Below, one piece after another: positions 1 to 13,778 of a stretch of 64,000 nucleotides of DNA (position 1 is the first letter of the stretch; the number at the start of each line of letters is the position of its first letter). This DNA is from Takakia lepidozioides. Lineage: Eukaryota; Plantae; Bryophyta. The DNA lies in NCBI GenBank assembly GCA_030704615.1, contig CM060733.1, forward strand, positions 52,576,001-52,640,000. The letters run 5' to 3'. Both the position numbers and the translations under genes were made by a program. The notes below the pieces were generated by a model that was not told where the DNA came from, searched no databases, and was given only the letters and a program-made list of their open reading frames with translations.

Positions 1-2200
1 CCCTCATGTAACATCTCTCTTATTCAACAATTTCTGAAGAAAAAATAGATGAATTTTTAGGTGTATTATGGATGAAAGTAGATTTCGTTATTCACAAAGA
101 GGAGCCATACGCAACTAGCCGCTTGTTTATAATTATTGTGGGGAAAAAAACTTGTTTTTCAATGCAATGTGGGCTCTGTTCCCTCTTGAAAAAATAGTCG
201 CTCCTAGGTGTTTCCCTTAAATATATATATATATACTAATAATAAAAAATAAGTAAGAAGTCTTACTGAATAGGCCAATGTCACACGTTGATTCACATTA
301 TCAATAGACATATTAGCCGGCCAGGCGAAGTTGGTCAATGCCAATATATCTGCAGTATTGTAATAATATGAAATTTGGACTATTAGTTTATGGTCAATGG
401 TGTGGGGTCAATGATAGGCCGGTCAAAGTTTGGTCCCAAGAGAAAAGTCTTTTACCCCATGGTTTCCTAATATGCTTAAGTATGGTATTATTAGTTTTTG
501 AACTTTCTGCAGGTTGATTTGGACATAAGCAATAATTTGATTAATTTCATGCTGGCAGGACATATATATATACACACACACATATATAAGCAACAACAAC
601 AAGAACAAATTTTTAAAATGAACGAATGAATAGTTGTAAGGTGGATATCCTTAAAGGAGGCAGTAATATCAAGAGATGGTAGTTGGAAGTGATGTTGTAC
701 GGCAATGAGGTTGCGAGTGTGGATGCCGCCTCTAGAGCTAGCGTTGATAAGAGTGATCGAGGTCCTCTTTGCCATCAATGCGGGAGCGCTTTCAGGTTTA
801 CTGAATTCTGTGCTTGATTGATATTGTAGAGACGTAGAGACTCTTCCGAAAGATTAAGGGAACTCCACATTGCATATGTCGCTTTATGTTGTGGCCTTTG
901 TGTTTGTTTCTGAACACTCTAACATGCCATTTTGTTTTGCAGATTGTGCTTCATGCTGCTATTGGCATGGCACATGTTGTAGTCCAGTCTGTTGGGATCA
1001 ATGACAGTTACTTAGTGGGGGGACAAGCCCTCTACTCATTTTTCAGAATCATGTAGCCGTGTGTTATTGGATTCCATTTTGGGAGCCTTAGAGTACCCCC
1101 AACGTAGGTACGCTCTGTCATTTCCACTAAGGGAAGTCACTCGGCATGAATTCCAAACTGTGTACGATAAAACATAGGGTTCAACAAACTCTTGAAATAT
1201 AAAAACTCTAAAAGATTTAATTTTAACGAAGGGTTGTGGTATTATGAAAATTACATTTATAAAAAAAATATGGGTACTTCTTTGTCTTTGTGTTACAATT
1301 TTCTTAAAAAGAATATATGGGAAGAAGAACAAAAAATGGGGGTTGTGGAGCTAGGATTTCCTTCACCATTATGATCCCTCTGGGTGGATGAACGTAAGTG
1401 GTGACTATGGATGAAGCATGAGCTAGATGAAGGTATGAGGGAGGTGGCGATATTCAGGCCATATTCGCCTGAATAAAATTTATGTATTTTGTTGTTTCAT
1501 GTGCATGTGCTGCTACTGTTTTTTCCCCCTCCAAATTGAACTTTATGTAATACTTTAAAGTAAATTTGGGTGCTAATAAGTGAATCTCGTATTTTTGATA
1601 ATGCAAAATAGGGTGTCTACAAAAAACCCGTATTACAAAATTATGTAATGCAAGGGTCCAAAAAAAAAAAAAAAACCCAAACAATATCCCCCAACTCTAC
1701 ACCCTTTGTGCATATGGTAACAAAATATTACAATGAGTGATCTCTCCGGGCATTTCCAATGTCATCCTGCCGGGCCGTTTCCCGGATCGGGACCCACCGC
1801 ACCTGCCAACGCTATATTTTTAGCGGAGAGAGACCTACGCCAAGGTCAGGGTACGCCATATTTTACATATTTGGCATACCTCGCCAAACCTTCGCCAAGC
1901 GTGCACGTGCACGCCCAAGCACTCGGGAGCAAGTCTGGTACATGCACGTCGCGCAAAGGTATCGAAGAAGGCGCGCTCTTGCTTTCAATTTCAAATTTGG
2001 TTTTGTACACAATTTCACCGATTTTGTATACACACAAGCAGTTGCAGGCGCGATGGATCCGAAGGCACAAAGCGAGCAATGTGACTAAAAGAGCAAAAAG
2101 TGAAAGGTGAAAGGAGGTAGGAAGCATTAGGGTATTCGCTCCTCTCTCGCTCTGGTTTTCGTTCCCTATTTGTGTAGCATTCGTGGGCTTTCGCTCTTCC

Positions 2201-3060
2201 TCAATATGGAAACCCTCTCTGTTTCTCTGCTGGGTTCATTTTCCCTCTGGCATCACTTGCACCTTTTGAAGGCCAATGTTGTGACGTCTTTTGTTTTATT
2301 CCAACTTCCCGATGTGGAGTCTGTATGATGAACTCTCTCATTTCAACATCTTTCCTCACCCCTTCTTGCATTTTTGCGTAGTGCTTGTGTTTCTCATTTT
2401 GAGGTTGTTGTATACTTTGGACAAAGCAAGACCAGTTGGGATAGATCCCATCCGTAAGAAGGTAACAGCTGCCAGCGAGGATACTCATTACCATTGACAG
2501 AAAATGGAATTGCCCTTGCATTAGAATGGAGAAGGTGTTGAACTACATGTGATCTATCAAGGACGATAATATCGTTGTTCTGACCTCGTAATCCAAAAAA
2601 GGCATGCCAAATTCTCAGTTTTTGCTCACACACCGTCTCTCCAAAGATGATAGAGCAATTTCCTTCCCTATCTTGGTCAAACCCTTCCCAACCAACGAGC
2701 AAATATGCCCGAAAATCCCCATTCTTCGTTCGCCGCCAGTTGTTCTCTTATATCAACCTTCGTAGGCAGCCTCAAGAATTCAGCTTTGAACAAATGATTC
2801 ACAGCGGAGCAAATACCTTTTCAAGCACTCAATAGTTGTAGATTCCCCTAGGCTGCAATATTCGTCAAGTGAGTCGGCACTTGCTCCATATGCCAACATT
2901 ATTAAAGCAGCAATTGTTTTTCGATAGGGACTCAATCCTGGTTTGCCACATGCATCATACATTTGTGTGAAAACAGGATCGTAGTTTGCAACAACATCTA
3001 GAATTCGGAGGAAAAGCTCCATTCTCATCTGATATCGTCTTCTGAAGAGTTTTTGTCATA
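2201..3060 (-). mobile_element. PIF/Harbinger (Plant_tran-type) DDE transposase relic, frameshifted
   Basis: Motifs are split over three frames: RMELFLRI..DACGKPGLSP..AALIMLAYGASADSLDEYCSLGESTT (2780-3028), LRIWHAFFGLRGQNNDIIVLDRS (2394-2702) and YLLTDGIYPNWSCFVQSI..MQEGVRKDVE (2201-2521). A Tourist/PIF TIR-like GGGCATTTCCAATG lies at ~1748. Confidence 0.88.
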
Positions 3061-3943
3061 CACGACTGAATCGACTTGACCGTTAGGAGTATAAATGTCT
3101 CAAACGACTGGAAAAACAGTTAAATAAAGAGTAAAAAAATATCCTGTTGTAGTGGGGGGGGGGGGGAGAGTCGTTTCTTGTTTGTTTTTGGCGTGAGAAA
3201 TGACACGGTAGTAGTGTTGTGGCAGGGATAAGCTCAGAGTATGGCGAAGGACAAGGAGAAGGGCCCCCCCATGGACAAAGAAAAGGCGCCGACAAAGGGC
3301 TAGAAATCGTCTGCTGCTAAGGTAGGGAACTTCACAACTGTGTCATGAAAGGTCGTGTGACACGAGTCGCTTGCCCGTCGCTTGGTCCAAACTCACCAGC
3401 CCTATAGGCGGCTATGTGAGATCATCGAGCCGTAAGGCCGCCGAGGCCTCCACGTCCTTGAAGGAGGCTGGGGATGAGCCTCAACCTCAGGCTGGCCCCA
3501 CCCAAGGTCGAGACGCCACCCCACAGGCTAATGGAGGCCCCTGACACTTACGGGGGGAGGCGCATTCTCAGATCTGGCACCAGGTTTGGGCACGTTGAGC
3601 TTTCCCCCACCACCAATGCATTTTCCCCTTCTTCTGCAGCCACGAGGGCTTATAAGGGGAGGACAATGGAAAAGAGGAGGAATATGTTTCGGCAAAGGCT
3701 TCCTCCTCACCTTGGGAAAAGAGGGAGGCTTCAAAGGAGGCTGCAATGAGGTGGAAGGAGGAGGAAAGGAAGAGAGAGGAAGACAAGAAGAGGGAAGAGG
3801 GAAATAGGGGGCACGGGAAAGGGAAGGGGGAGAGGAGAGGGGCTCTTGAACGGTTAATGAAGAAGACCCTAGACTTTGGGGCGCCACCTGCGAGCATATT
3901 GGGTGCATGAGACAGGCTTCCACCTGCATTCCGAGAGGGCGTT

Positions 3944-4610
3944 TTGGCGGCTGCACCAAAAGCGGGGGTCGAGGGCAATGTTGACGTCATGGACACAAAG
4001 GTGGGCTACTTTCTGTCACATTGTTTTCTTTCCTTTGCTTTTCATTTGTTTGTCTATGACCCTGAGCTTTGTCCAACTTCCTTGAGAAACGATCTGGCCT
4101 GGAAAGAGAAAGGGGTTACCATAGCTTCCAAGTTGCATGAAACGGGCTTTCCAAAGATAGTGGTGATGATGCAGGATGATACACCTTTCCCTGAGTTTAT
4201 TAGACTCCCTATTGATACCAATTACTTTTCTGTCAAACTTTCCGAGGACACATCATATTCCAAATGTTATTGTTGTGGTCATGTGAGACACATTAAAGCC
4301 CAATGTCCGAAACGTAAAAGATCCCATTTCTCTCACTATTCGGAATCCCAACCTTCTTTCCAGAAAGTGAATATGCCTGCCCAGCAGCCCATTCAGGTGG
4401 ACCCTCTGCAAAACCAAGCCCCACAAGCTCCCATGCCCAATCATGCGGGCCCTCCTATTCTGCAGAATGCCACTCTCATGGAGGCTCATCCTATTCCACA
4501 CACTTGCCCAGCAGTTCCATTACAAGATGCGGCAGCCTGTCTCACGTCTGCAACTGTTCCTTCCAGGAAGGAAGTGGCTCACCATGAACACTTTCCGACC
4601 CCAACCAATG
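3944..4610 (+). mobile_element. LINE ORF1/gag-like fragment with CCHC zinc knuckle
   Basis: The ORF contains CYCCGHVRHIKAQC (CX2CX4HX4C) followed by a P/Q-rich tail, typical of plant L1 ORF1. Confidence 0.6.
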
Positions 4611-4930
4611 GTCAACTGGAAAAAGCAGCGGCAACGGCATAATTGATAGAACAACAATTGATAGAACAAGGCACTGCTAATGAAGGCACCTTCTTCAACA
4701 CATTTCACCCTGTTTTACCCTCTTATCAGAATCGGCCCTACATTTTCATGTTGAATTATGCAAGTTAGCTAGTTGAGTGAACCTTTGATTGTTTGGAGTG
4801 ACTTTGACATGAAACTACCAATGTGACAACATGAAAGTATCCAAAAACAGGTAACAGAGACGAGGAGAAGCTGTGGAATGAATACTTGTATGACCCCAGT
4901 CAATGGTGGGACAATCGAGGCGAAAAGGTG
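4608..4930 (+). pseudogene. Organellar ssDNA-binding (OSB, PDF-motif) gene fragment
   Basis: An exon at ~4851-4927 encodes DEEKLWNEYLYDPSQWWDNRGEK and is flanked by AG and GT. Segment 4608-4890 is a diverged copy of 56478-56730. Confidence 0.65.
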
Positions 4931-7118
4931 AATGCCTGTTGGATTACAGAGAGCAGCAGATGCAATTGAGCATAGGAACGAGTGTGATAAGTCAAGTTGG
5001 GCGTTTCCTAGAACACGCTGAGATGAACTTCTTTCTGTGGTCCTTATTATTGTGGAAGTCCTGCAACATAAGTGTAATTGTTATGAAATTATACAATTTC
5101 ATCCATGTATAATTTCATCTATATATACAATTTCATTCATATACTCATATATCTATTTAATTTTCTTGCAGTTTAATTGGTAAACATCTCAATTATGTCC
5201 ATTTTATATGTAAAATATGTCCTGTCAACCAACCAACCATTAACGTGTTCTAGACTGCACATGGATAATTCTAAAAATTCACTTGTGGTACCTATATTCA
5301 TCCATATTTCTAAAAGTAGAGACAACCTAACAATTGTCACTCGAATATAATTTTACATGGACCAAACATCCATAACATATATTAAAACAAAGTCATTTTG
5401 AATTCCAATATCAAAAACACAGTATGTATAAAAGTATAATTTATTACATTTATAACAACAGAAATTACACGTTTACTATTTATATGCTCATAAGTTTGCA
5501 AGTATTTTGTTTGATATCTGTCATTGAATTTACAAATATTTGTATATTCAATGGTCACATAAATATATGCTTTCATAGTAGTACCTAAACGTGACGCTTA
5601 AATGCATGCTATTATCTATGAATCTCATTTTCATAGTAATGGGTGTCACAACAAAGACGCCCCATCCTTAGAGGATTGTCGTAAGATAATTTTTTTTGAT
5701 GGAGAATGGTTTGGGGGAATGAGAATTATTTCCTTCTACTTTACAAGGAGAAAGATGACTGAGGTTAGTTGTCAAAAATCCTCACCATTTTCCATCATTG
5801 GAGAATTTCCACACCTTCCAAGGTAAAAGGGAATGATTCTCATTCATGCAAATCATTTTCCATCAAAACTTTTTACCTTGCTTCCATAACTTTCTTTAGC
5901 ACTTAAAGTAACTCGCCCTTGCTTTGGAAAGTGGGAAATTAACAATAAATGATAGTGAGGGCATGTGGTAGTGAATGTATGAAGATATGAGTCTAGTTTG
6001 GCACTCAATCTTTATTACAATACATTTCTCAAGGAAGTATTGAATCTTTGGACGATGGAATGATTCTTTTGGAAGACAGTGTTTAGAGGGACGGTGTTTA
6101 GAGGGTCACTGAAGAATGTTATGTCAATCGTCTGAGAATGGGGCACCCCTGTTGTGACACCCACTAAAGTAAAAATATGAATGCTTTGGTAAGAAGAATT
6201 CACAACCAATGTAAAAGTAATTATAATTTGTGGAACAATATTGAATTGGTGACGAATTTTCAAACTTTGATCCATACATTACGTAGGATGGTTGCTAGGG
6301 TAAGGTTGCTTGGCCATGCATTGTACATTGTATTGCTAGAAAAGGATTTTGAACATTCACAAATTTCCAATTATGGGGTGATTACAAGCAAAAGTTGTAA
6401 GACTTTTGAGTCAATGTACATAGAACATCAACCAGGGGAAGTCACTTCCATTTTATTCCAAACGGCTTGCAAAAAAATATAGGGTAACATATATTCTTTG
6501 AAGATAAAAATTACAATATTTTAGAAATAAAATTGGGTGTCTTTAATTTGTGGATACCGGATTTAAATAAAAATAAGATCATGAATATATGCTCCAGTTA
6601 TATATTTTTTAGAATTAATATATGGGTTCCACAATGGTGAGGGATATGTGTTGTTCATTCTATGGTATGTATATTTGTATTGAGACTTCACAAATGACTA
6701 GTTTGACCTAGATGACGGGACTTGAACTTGGCTTGGATGAGAGTGCTTGGTTTAGGGAGGATACGTTTTGGTTTAGGGTTGCTTTATTTTCTTCTCACTT
6801 TGTCTACTTCTGCAACTCAAGAGTTCTGCTATGATAGTTGTTGACCTCATTGTGTTGCTGGAAGCTCCGGTTTATTCATTTGCTGTAAGGTACCTCGTTC
6901 TCTCACCTAAGGAATATTTTTTCACTACACTCAAAATATGCAACAGTTTTTCTCATTCGTTTTGATAGATGCATTAGAGCATTGAGCAGTAAAATATTTG
7001 GCACTCTAAGAAAAATTTGTTTTATTTTATATTACTATAGGGTGTCAAATATTTGATGGTTACAGTCAAATAAAAAAAAAAGTAGCCTGCTAGATAATTG
7101 TGCATATTACGAAATTAA

Positions 7119-7938
7119 CCCTCAAGTTCCCAAACCTTTTTTTGACTTTTTACCAATTTTGGGTACCCAGCTGCAGTAAATTGCCCCTAGAAACCTACCA
7201 AAAATCATCCGGAGATTCCAGCCTTATAGCAATGGGCCCAGCTCATTTATGCATGACATACCAAAAAATGAGCCAAGTCCACCGTGGAAATTGTGAGATT
7301 ATAACGTTGGCCCGGACCTCAAATATCAGGTCCCAAAGAAAAAGTGAGAAAAAAATGGTTTGACCAAATTAAAACCTAGCTTTATCCAATTTTGCTTGCC
7401 CAAAGACCCACCATTTCCAAATCAATAGTGGAGTGGCTATGACCCCACTAAATTGCAGGTCCAACTGATTTTTTCACCTATGGTTGCTTTGCATGCAATT
7501 ACATGGGGGTTGAAATCTCAAAATTGACAAGAGAAAATGTGCCTCCAAATGAAGTACTTGTTTTTCTACAAATTTTTTAAAAGCCAATGGTGGATGTGTG
7601 TATGTAATGCTCACACACCACAAGGTGAAGCGCTTTTTCTAAAATTGCTAATTTTCTGCCAAAAATGGCCTTTGGAGTGCAATCTGTTTTGGGCTTGTTT
7701 ACCTGCACGTCAGCGGTCAACAAGCCCTTTTCAGGCCCAAAACGTAAATGAGAGATCTAAGATATTTTTTGTAGGTCGTAGCTTTTCTTTTTTTTCAATT
7801 TTATTTTTTGCATCATACTCCAGACAAATCCCTTGTCATTAAAGCTTCAGGAGTGGGCCCATCAGATTAGATCTGCAAAAATTTGGTCGAACTGCAAATT
7901 CAAAGTGACCCGAATCAGGTCGCTTGGGAACTTAAGGG
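7119..7938. mobile_element. Non-autonomous TIR element with TTAA TSD (piggyBac-like), 820 bp
   Basis: Structure is TTAA(7115-7118)|CCCTCAAGTTCCCAAAC ... GCTTGGGAACTTAAGGG|TTAA(7939-7942). The TIRs match at 15/17. Confidence 0.8.
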
Positions 7939-9363
7939 TTAAATAATTATAGGGTGGATGAAGAAAGGGGAAAAAAAAAGTAATACCCCCATAAAAAATA
8001 CCTCTTTATCGCACGTGATTCTCTAAACTATATAGGGAGTGACTTCCCCGAGAATATCAAATATGGTAATTTGGATACAATTAGGACTATTATATGGATT
8101 TTTTTTATTTTTATAGATGGCCCTTTTGGGTCATTGATTCTATTGAATCCTGCTACTTTATTTCAGGATTCTAACTTGGGTGCAAGAATAAAATACACAA
8201 ATTTACAAAAATGAGGTGATTATGCCTAGTTCAACGTCTATTGTGTTTTTGTTGCCATGAAAATTGTTTAAAGAATCTCTTGGACGAATTGTTCCTACAT
8301 GAAATTAAAACATATTGAATCAAAGCATAAGAAATTTAGTGTCACCAGAGTACCATTCCGTCCCACCCATGCCGCAGCGGAAGAGAAGACACATGTGGCT
8401 ATCAGTGTGAAGTAATTGAATGTGTGGTAATCAAGGAATGAACATGATTCCATGCAAAAGGAAAATACATAATATGTTCAAATTGTGTTTATTTTACTAA
8501 TGCCGAAAGGCCGCCCTTTCAATTGGTTCAAGAATAAATTGGTTTTAAGGGAGTCATTTTTGTATATTAATTTTTTTCAATGAAATTACTATTTTTGAAA
8601 GGTTATATATATATATATATATTACCTTTCTAAAATGTGTTAAAAACTATGGTGGTGGTTAAAGGATAAAGGCCACCTCCGATTCCCCCGCCTTGGCCTC
8701 TCAATTAAAGTAGAAAATTATTAAAATATACAAATTGTGGCTTTTAGCCGCTTATAGTATACAACCTCAAAGGACAAGTACAGATCCAAGACTCATGAAC
8801 TTAATACATCAAAATTCATGGAAAATTGAAAAAAAAAACATTCCAATATTTTTGAAAGAATTGAAGAAGGTGCATAACTAATGAACATCATGTGTTAAAT
8901 ATTTCAACAAAGTTAGGCTAATGATATCTATTGCCCTAGTTTTCAAGAAGTAGTCCCTTCCATTGTTCAAGAATGTTGTGTTACTGAACAAAGTGTTTTA
9001 TGGACAATGACACTACTAGATACTTCATTCAAATATTATATTATATTTTTATATAATTAATTTTAAAATTATAAAAACCGTTTTGTTCATATTGTTCCTT
9101 TATGTTATTGCAAATTTTTTGATAGTCTTCTATTACACCTCTGGGTTGCAATGTTCTAGTGAAAGTACATGTTAGTGCACACAAGAGATGTTAATTTGAA
9201 TATTTCCGTAAAAAATATGTGTAGGCTACACATATTGCAATTCTTTAATACTTATGTGTATGAACGGTTCTTTAAAGATATAAAGCATTTATAATTCTAC
9301 AGTAGTGTCACTACCAGTAGGATTTTCTCCACTCCTCGGGCAGCTCATCCCATAATAAAGGCA

Positions 9364-10426
9364 TCAGATCACTTCAAAGCACAGCCTGGTTCCACGATTC
9401 TCAAGTTGTTTGATCACCTCAGGAGGTAGAACCTCACGCAACACTGTGATATGCTTCACTTCTTTTGAGCTGCTGCATGCCAGGAGAGTTTCGGCAAAGC
9501 AATCGATTGTAACATTCTTCATATGAACCAACTTCATTTCCGGATATATGACATACTTGCAATGACCATCATCCCCAAATTTGTCACTATAGTGTATAAT
9601 AGGTCGATCTGCAAGACCCACCGGCCAGCAAGTTAGCACAGGCTTCTAACTCTATTATCGTTGAAATCCCTTCAACAAGGGATGAGCACCCCCAGTTTGG
9701 GCTAAATAAGGGACGGGTACCAAAATAAAGACAAAAATTAACAAGGGAGAGAAACTGGGCACCAACTCCTTTGAGCACCAACAATATTGAATATCAAACA
9801 AAGTTTAAGTTTGAAAGGGAAGAAAGTCTTTATGGCTAAAAATGAAGAAGAATGGTGTCTGACTTACTGCCTACTGGCCACAACGCATGCATCTTTTAGC
9901 TCACTTTCCATTCTCTCACACTAAGTTATATATGAAACAAAAGATAAATGACAAGGAGCCAAACTAGGGACCAAAAAAAGAAAGACTTTAAGGATAGCTC
10001 TCATGATATGGAAGACATGGAAGATACGTTACAAAAGTCACTTCAATGCAAGCTGTACCTACCGCAGGTTTTGGCAACCATTTGAAAGCGCTGATACGCC
10101 GGGATCTCCAACAAAGTTGCAGTGCTTGACATCCAATTCCCGCAAGTGTTTGCATGATGCAACAATATAAGAAATTCCTACCGAGATAACCTTGCAGTAA
10201 CCCTGCAACTCTAGTTGCACAAGGTCTCTTAGGAGTGCAAGTGAGAGCAAGGCTGCACATGCGATAGTTTTACAATCACCTTCACCACATTTAAACCTCG
10301 ACAGCCATTTGCAATCGCTGCAACTCCTTCACCACCGATCCACTTTGAACTGCAAGTGCCCCACACATTAAGCTTTTGAAATCTGAAAATAAAGTACATG
10401 TGAAACTGAAAGCCTCGGAGAAGCAA
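9364..10426 (-). pseudogene. F-box/LRR (cysteine-containing LRR) protein, 3' exons, frameshifted
   Basis: LRR-CC repeats IGGEGVAAIANGCRGL, VGISYIVASCKHLRELDVKHCNFVGDPGVSALSNGCQNLR lie in different frames with stops. Weaker upstream remnants may exist at ~12740-13200. Confidence 0.7.
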
Positions 10427-11669
10427 AAGATTGCTAATAGATACGGTACTGTTGATTCAATGAAGCAATATCCTTGGAGATATTAATACAATACATCAGA
10501 ACAGAGAGAAGTTGATTGCAAATGATTGCAGATCGTTACAATTATAGTAGGTTCTTGCAAGTCGTACCAATATTCACCAGCCCAACAGGAGTCCAACGGT
10601 GGTTTGTACTACTTGTGTAGTAACCCATCTTTAGGAGCTTTAACTTAGTGAACCTTGCAATAGGCTGTAACCCTGTCACTCAAGCAGTCAGTTTCTATTA
10701 CTATCACAGGCAGCAAGTCTATAGTTCTCCACAAGATGCATTAAAAATGCACCGACTAATGATAATCTCAATTTTCAAGATTGATGCTGAACAAATTAGA
10801 GAAGTAACATCATAAATAGTTTTTCATAAAATTGCTATCAAGAAACTTCTAAATTAAGTACGAACAGTCTTGGCAAGGAAAACACATTTATGCTTCTGAA
10901 GTACAATCATTAATTCTTCACGTATCAATTTTGTGTGAATCCTTACAGGTGTGATCATGTATCCCTATGAACGTACAAAATAGATGAATCACCATTATTT
11001 CTGATTTCTTAAAATTTGTTATCTACTTCTTAGCCACAAGGTTAACGAAGTTTTGCCGTTTCCTATCTATTCTCAATTGGAGCTCATGCTTCAATTAAAC
11101 TTAGACTACTCATTCAAGCAGATTGCACAACACATACAAAAGTACACTTCACGAAAAAACATTCGAGTAAAAGATTTGGTTATCTGATCTTCAATTTAGC
11201 GAGCGATTTTGTACAGCCAAATCAAATCAATCACCTCCCAATCTCATGACCAACAATTCAAATGACAGGAGATTCAAATGGTTTTGGATCAAAGTTCTTC
11301 AAAGCCATTTCATTGTTAACAGAGGTGTACAGACCAAGTCCAGAAACAAACCTACTCCCAACATAGCTCTGATCTAGATCTTAGGGAGAGCAGAAGGATC
11401 AAAGGAGAATGCCAATGATGAAGCAACCAGACTGCCTTGGTGACGACCAAAAACTGACGATGGATTTATCATCCTCCTATACATCAAACGGTTCAATCAA
11501 ATCACAAAATCAGCACACAAACCAAAACAATCATAGCCATACCAAGAAAAAAACACCAACTTCATATCCTGGGCATACCACATATATAAAAAACAGCAAC
11601 AAAATCAAATCCAACAACACTGAAAAACAAGTGAAAATGAATAACAGAAGAACAAGCTGATTCAAATCG

Positions 11670-12410
11670 ACATACCTCCATCAATTGAATCTACCCCGTA
11701 CTCATCACTGAATTGAATTAGATCTTATGCATTAAAAACAAAATCAGTAGGTACATAAAAAATCAAGTCAAAAGATATTAGCAATGGTACACCAATAACC
11801 CCCCCAATCCTATCTACTGAGACAGTCTGAATCATCCTCGCTCGAATACTTGGTCCAGCCACATGATTTGGATACAAAGGTGGCACATGTCCCCACCTCT
11901 CAAACATGACCACCTTTGTAATAACTCCACAGCCATCAATAGAACTACAGGTGTCAAACCTCCACTCCTCGTAATCCGAAAATGGGTATCACTTCTCAGA
12001 GCAGATAGAGTCTCTGCACAACTCCAACCTCAAAAACAATAAAAGACCAACCCAATAACATATCCCGGCCTCTAGGAACCAAAGCCACATCCGGTTCCTT
12101 CTGGCGCCCTCCATCGCTGCATCGATAGGATCCCATGGGATTAATGGTTAGTATGTCACCACAACGACTCTGCACCTTCACACTTAGAAGGACAATGAAC
12201 AAATTGTCAGCCCACTCGTGAGCCTTGCCCACCATTAGCCTTACAACTAACAACTCCATCGTAGAGTCATAAAAGATGCGAACTGATGGTAAGTCGCGAC
12301 GAGATCTGTCAATCATTTCCAATACATTCTCACACACGTTAGAAAATGCCAAGTATTCTGTAGCCATTGTTATTGTTTGAGCAGCCAGCCTCTCATAACG
12401 TTGCAAGCAT
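11670..12410 (-). pseudogene. Fungal-type restriction-endonuclease-fold (Uma2/CR-REase-like) gene relic
   Basis: Reads LLVVRLMVGKAHE..MGSYRC..QKEPDVALVPRGR..WSFIVFEVGV, then after a frameshift ETLSALRSDTHFRITRSGGLTPVVLLMAV, then after a second frameshift VVMFERW..QTVSV..VIGVPLLISFDLIF. The H-E, K-E-P-D and E-x-G pattern fits the family. No introns are seen in this stretch. Confidence 0.6.
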
Positions 12411-13778
12411 ACATTCGTCCACCTCTGGACCGAAGTAAACTGAATAACAAATCAGAACATGTAAAACAAATCAGAACAAATCATACATGTAATATTCAAG
12501 ACGCACTTCTGCTGATTGGACCACATTGGTGCATGACTGCACATCAAATTCACTGCTAGCAACTCCCTCCACGGCCGGTTCGCTGCTCCGCAAATCCTCC
12601 GAGCCCGAGAACCCAGACCCCCACCCATCGTCGTCCCGCTAATACTCATTCCCTGTCACTGACCACAACTCGACTTCTTTGGATCTGTGCAACAAAACAA
12701 ATCGTTACATGTGATGCTCAATTTAAGTGAAACTCTATATTCGGAAGCTTAGCAGTGCTATCTAAGGAACTAGCATATTTGACATTCAAGGTTTAAGTAG
12801 CTTGCAACTTGCAAGACAAGCCTGAGGAGCATTGGACTATGGCCGGAAAAAGGCACCTGGATTTTGACTTGCTGTAGGACGGTCTGCAGTTGTATGACCT
12901 TGCTCTTGCCCCACCCGAATAACGGATACACCACATCAAGCAGGATTCATTTATTTAAATTTCTACTTCACTCAACAAACGCAGCAAATGACAGAAGGCC
13001 TTCACAATGCCGACTGTGAATCAAATCGTGCAATATCTGACAACATAGCTCTATCATCGTCGACACTAGTACAGATTTTGCATCGCAGCACTGCATTCGC
13101 AAACATCTACAATCTGCTTAGCTGCCTCCCACTTCTGAAAACAATGACATGTCGAATCCATGACGAATCATGAAAGATCCGCCAATGTAACTCTTGGAGA
13201 TAGTTTTGTCTACAAATTTCTTATAAATAGACAGACAGAGAGTGAAAACATCATATTGTTATTTGCATTTGAAAACCATACCTTTATGGTTAAGCTCTAA
13301 TGTGCACCGTGAATACGATCTAGCGAGAGTTTCGACGAAAAACAACGCCTATCAACTCTGCTGCTTTGCTAGCCGCTTCGTCACAAAATGGCTTGAACTG
13401 GTTGGTTGGGGACTACGTTGAGATAAAAGTGTTGCTAGTTGAATTTATTGAATCTTGTCAAGCTTATGTAGTCATCGGTCTGAGCTTGCTACTCAAGATG
13501 GTGGTATTGAAAATACCAACTCACCGATAATGCGAAGACCCCCAGATACATGTATGTGTAGTTAGTATCGGCTGCTAATCAAAAACCAAAATGCCACCCC
13601 ATCGAAAAATGCTTCAGAAACCGAAAGCAGCTCGCAAAAGCATACAAGACCCACCACAAACAACACACCACAACAGCTACATCAACCGATCTGAAACGCT
13701 ACAAGCTAACACCCGACATCTTACCCGAACGTATCCTTTCTTTGAAAATATACTGTGTTTTGACTAAATCTATCACCT

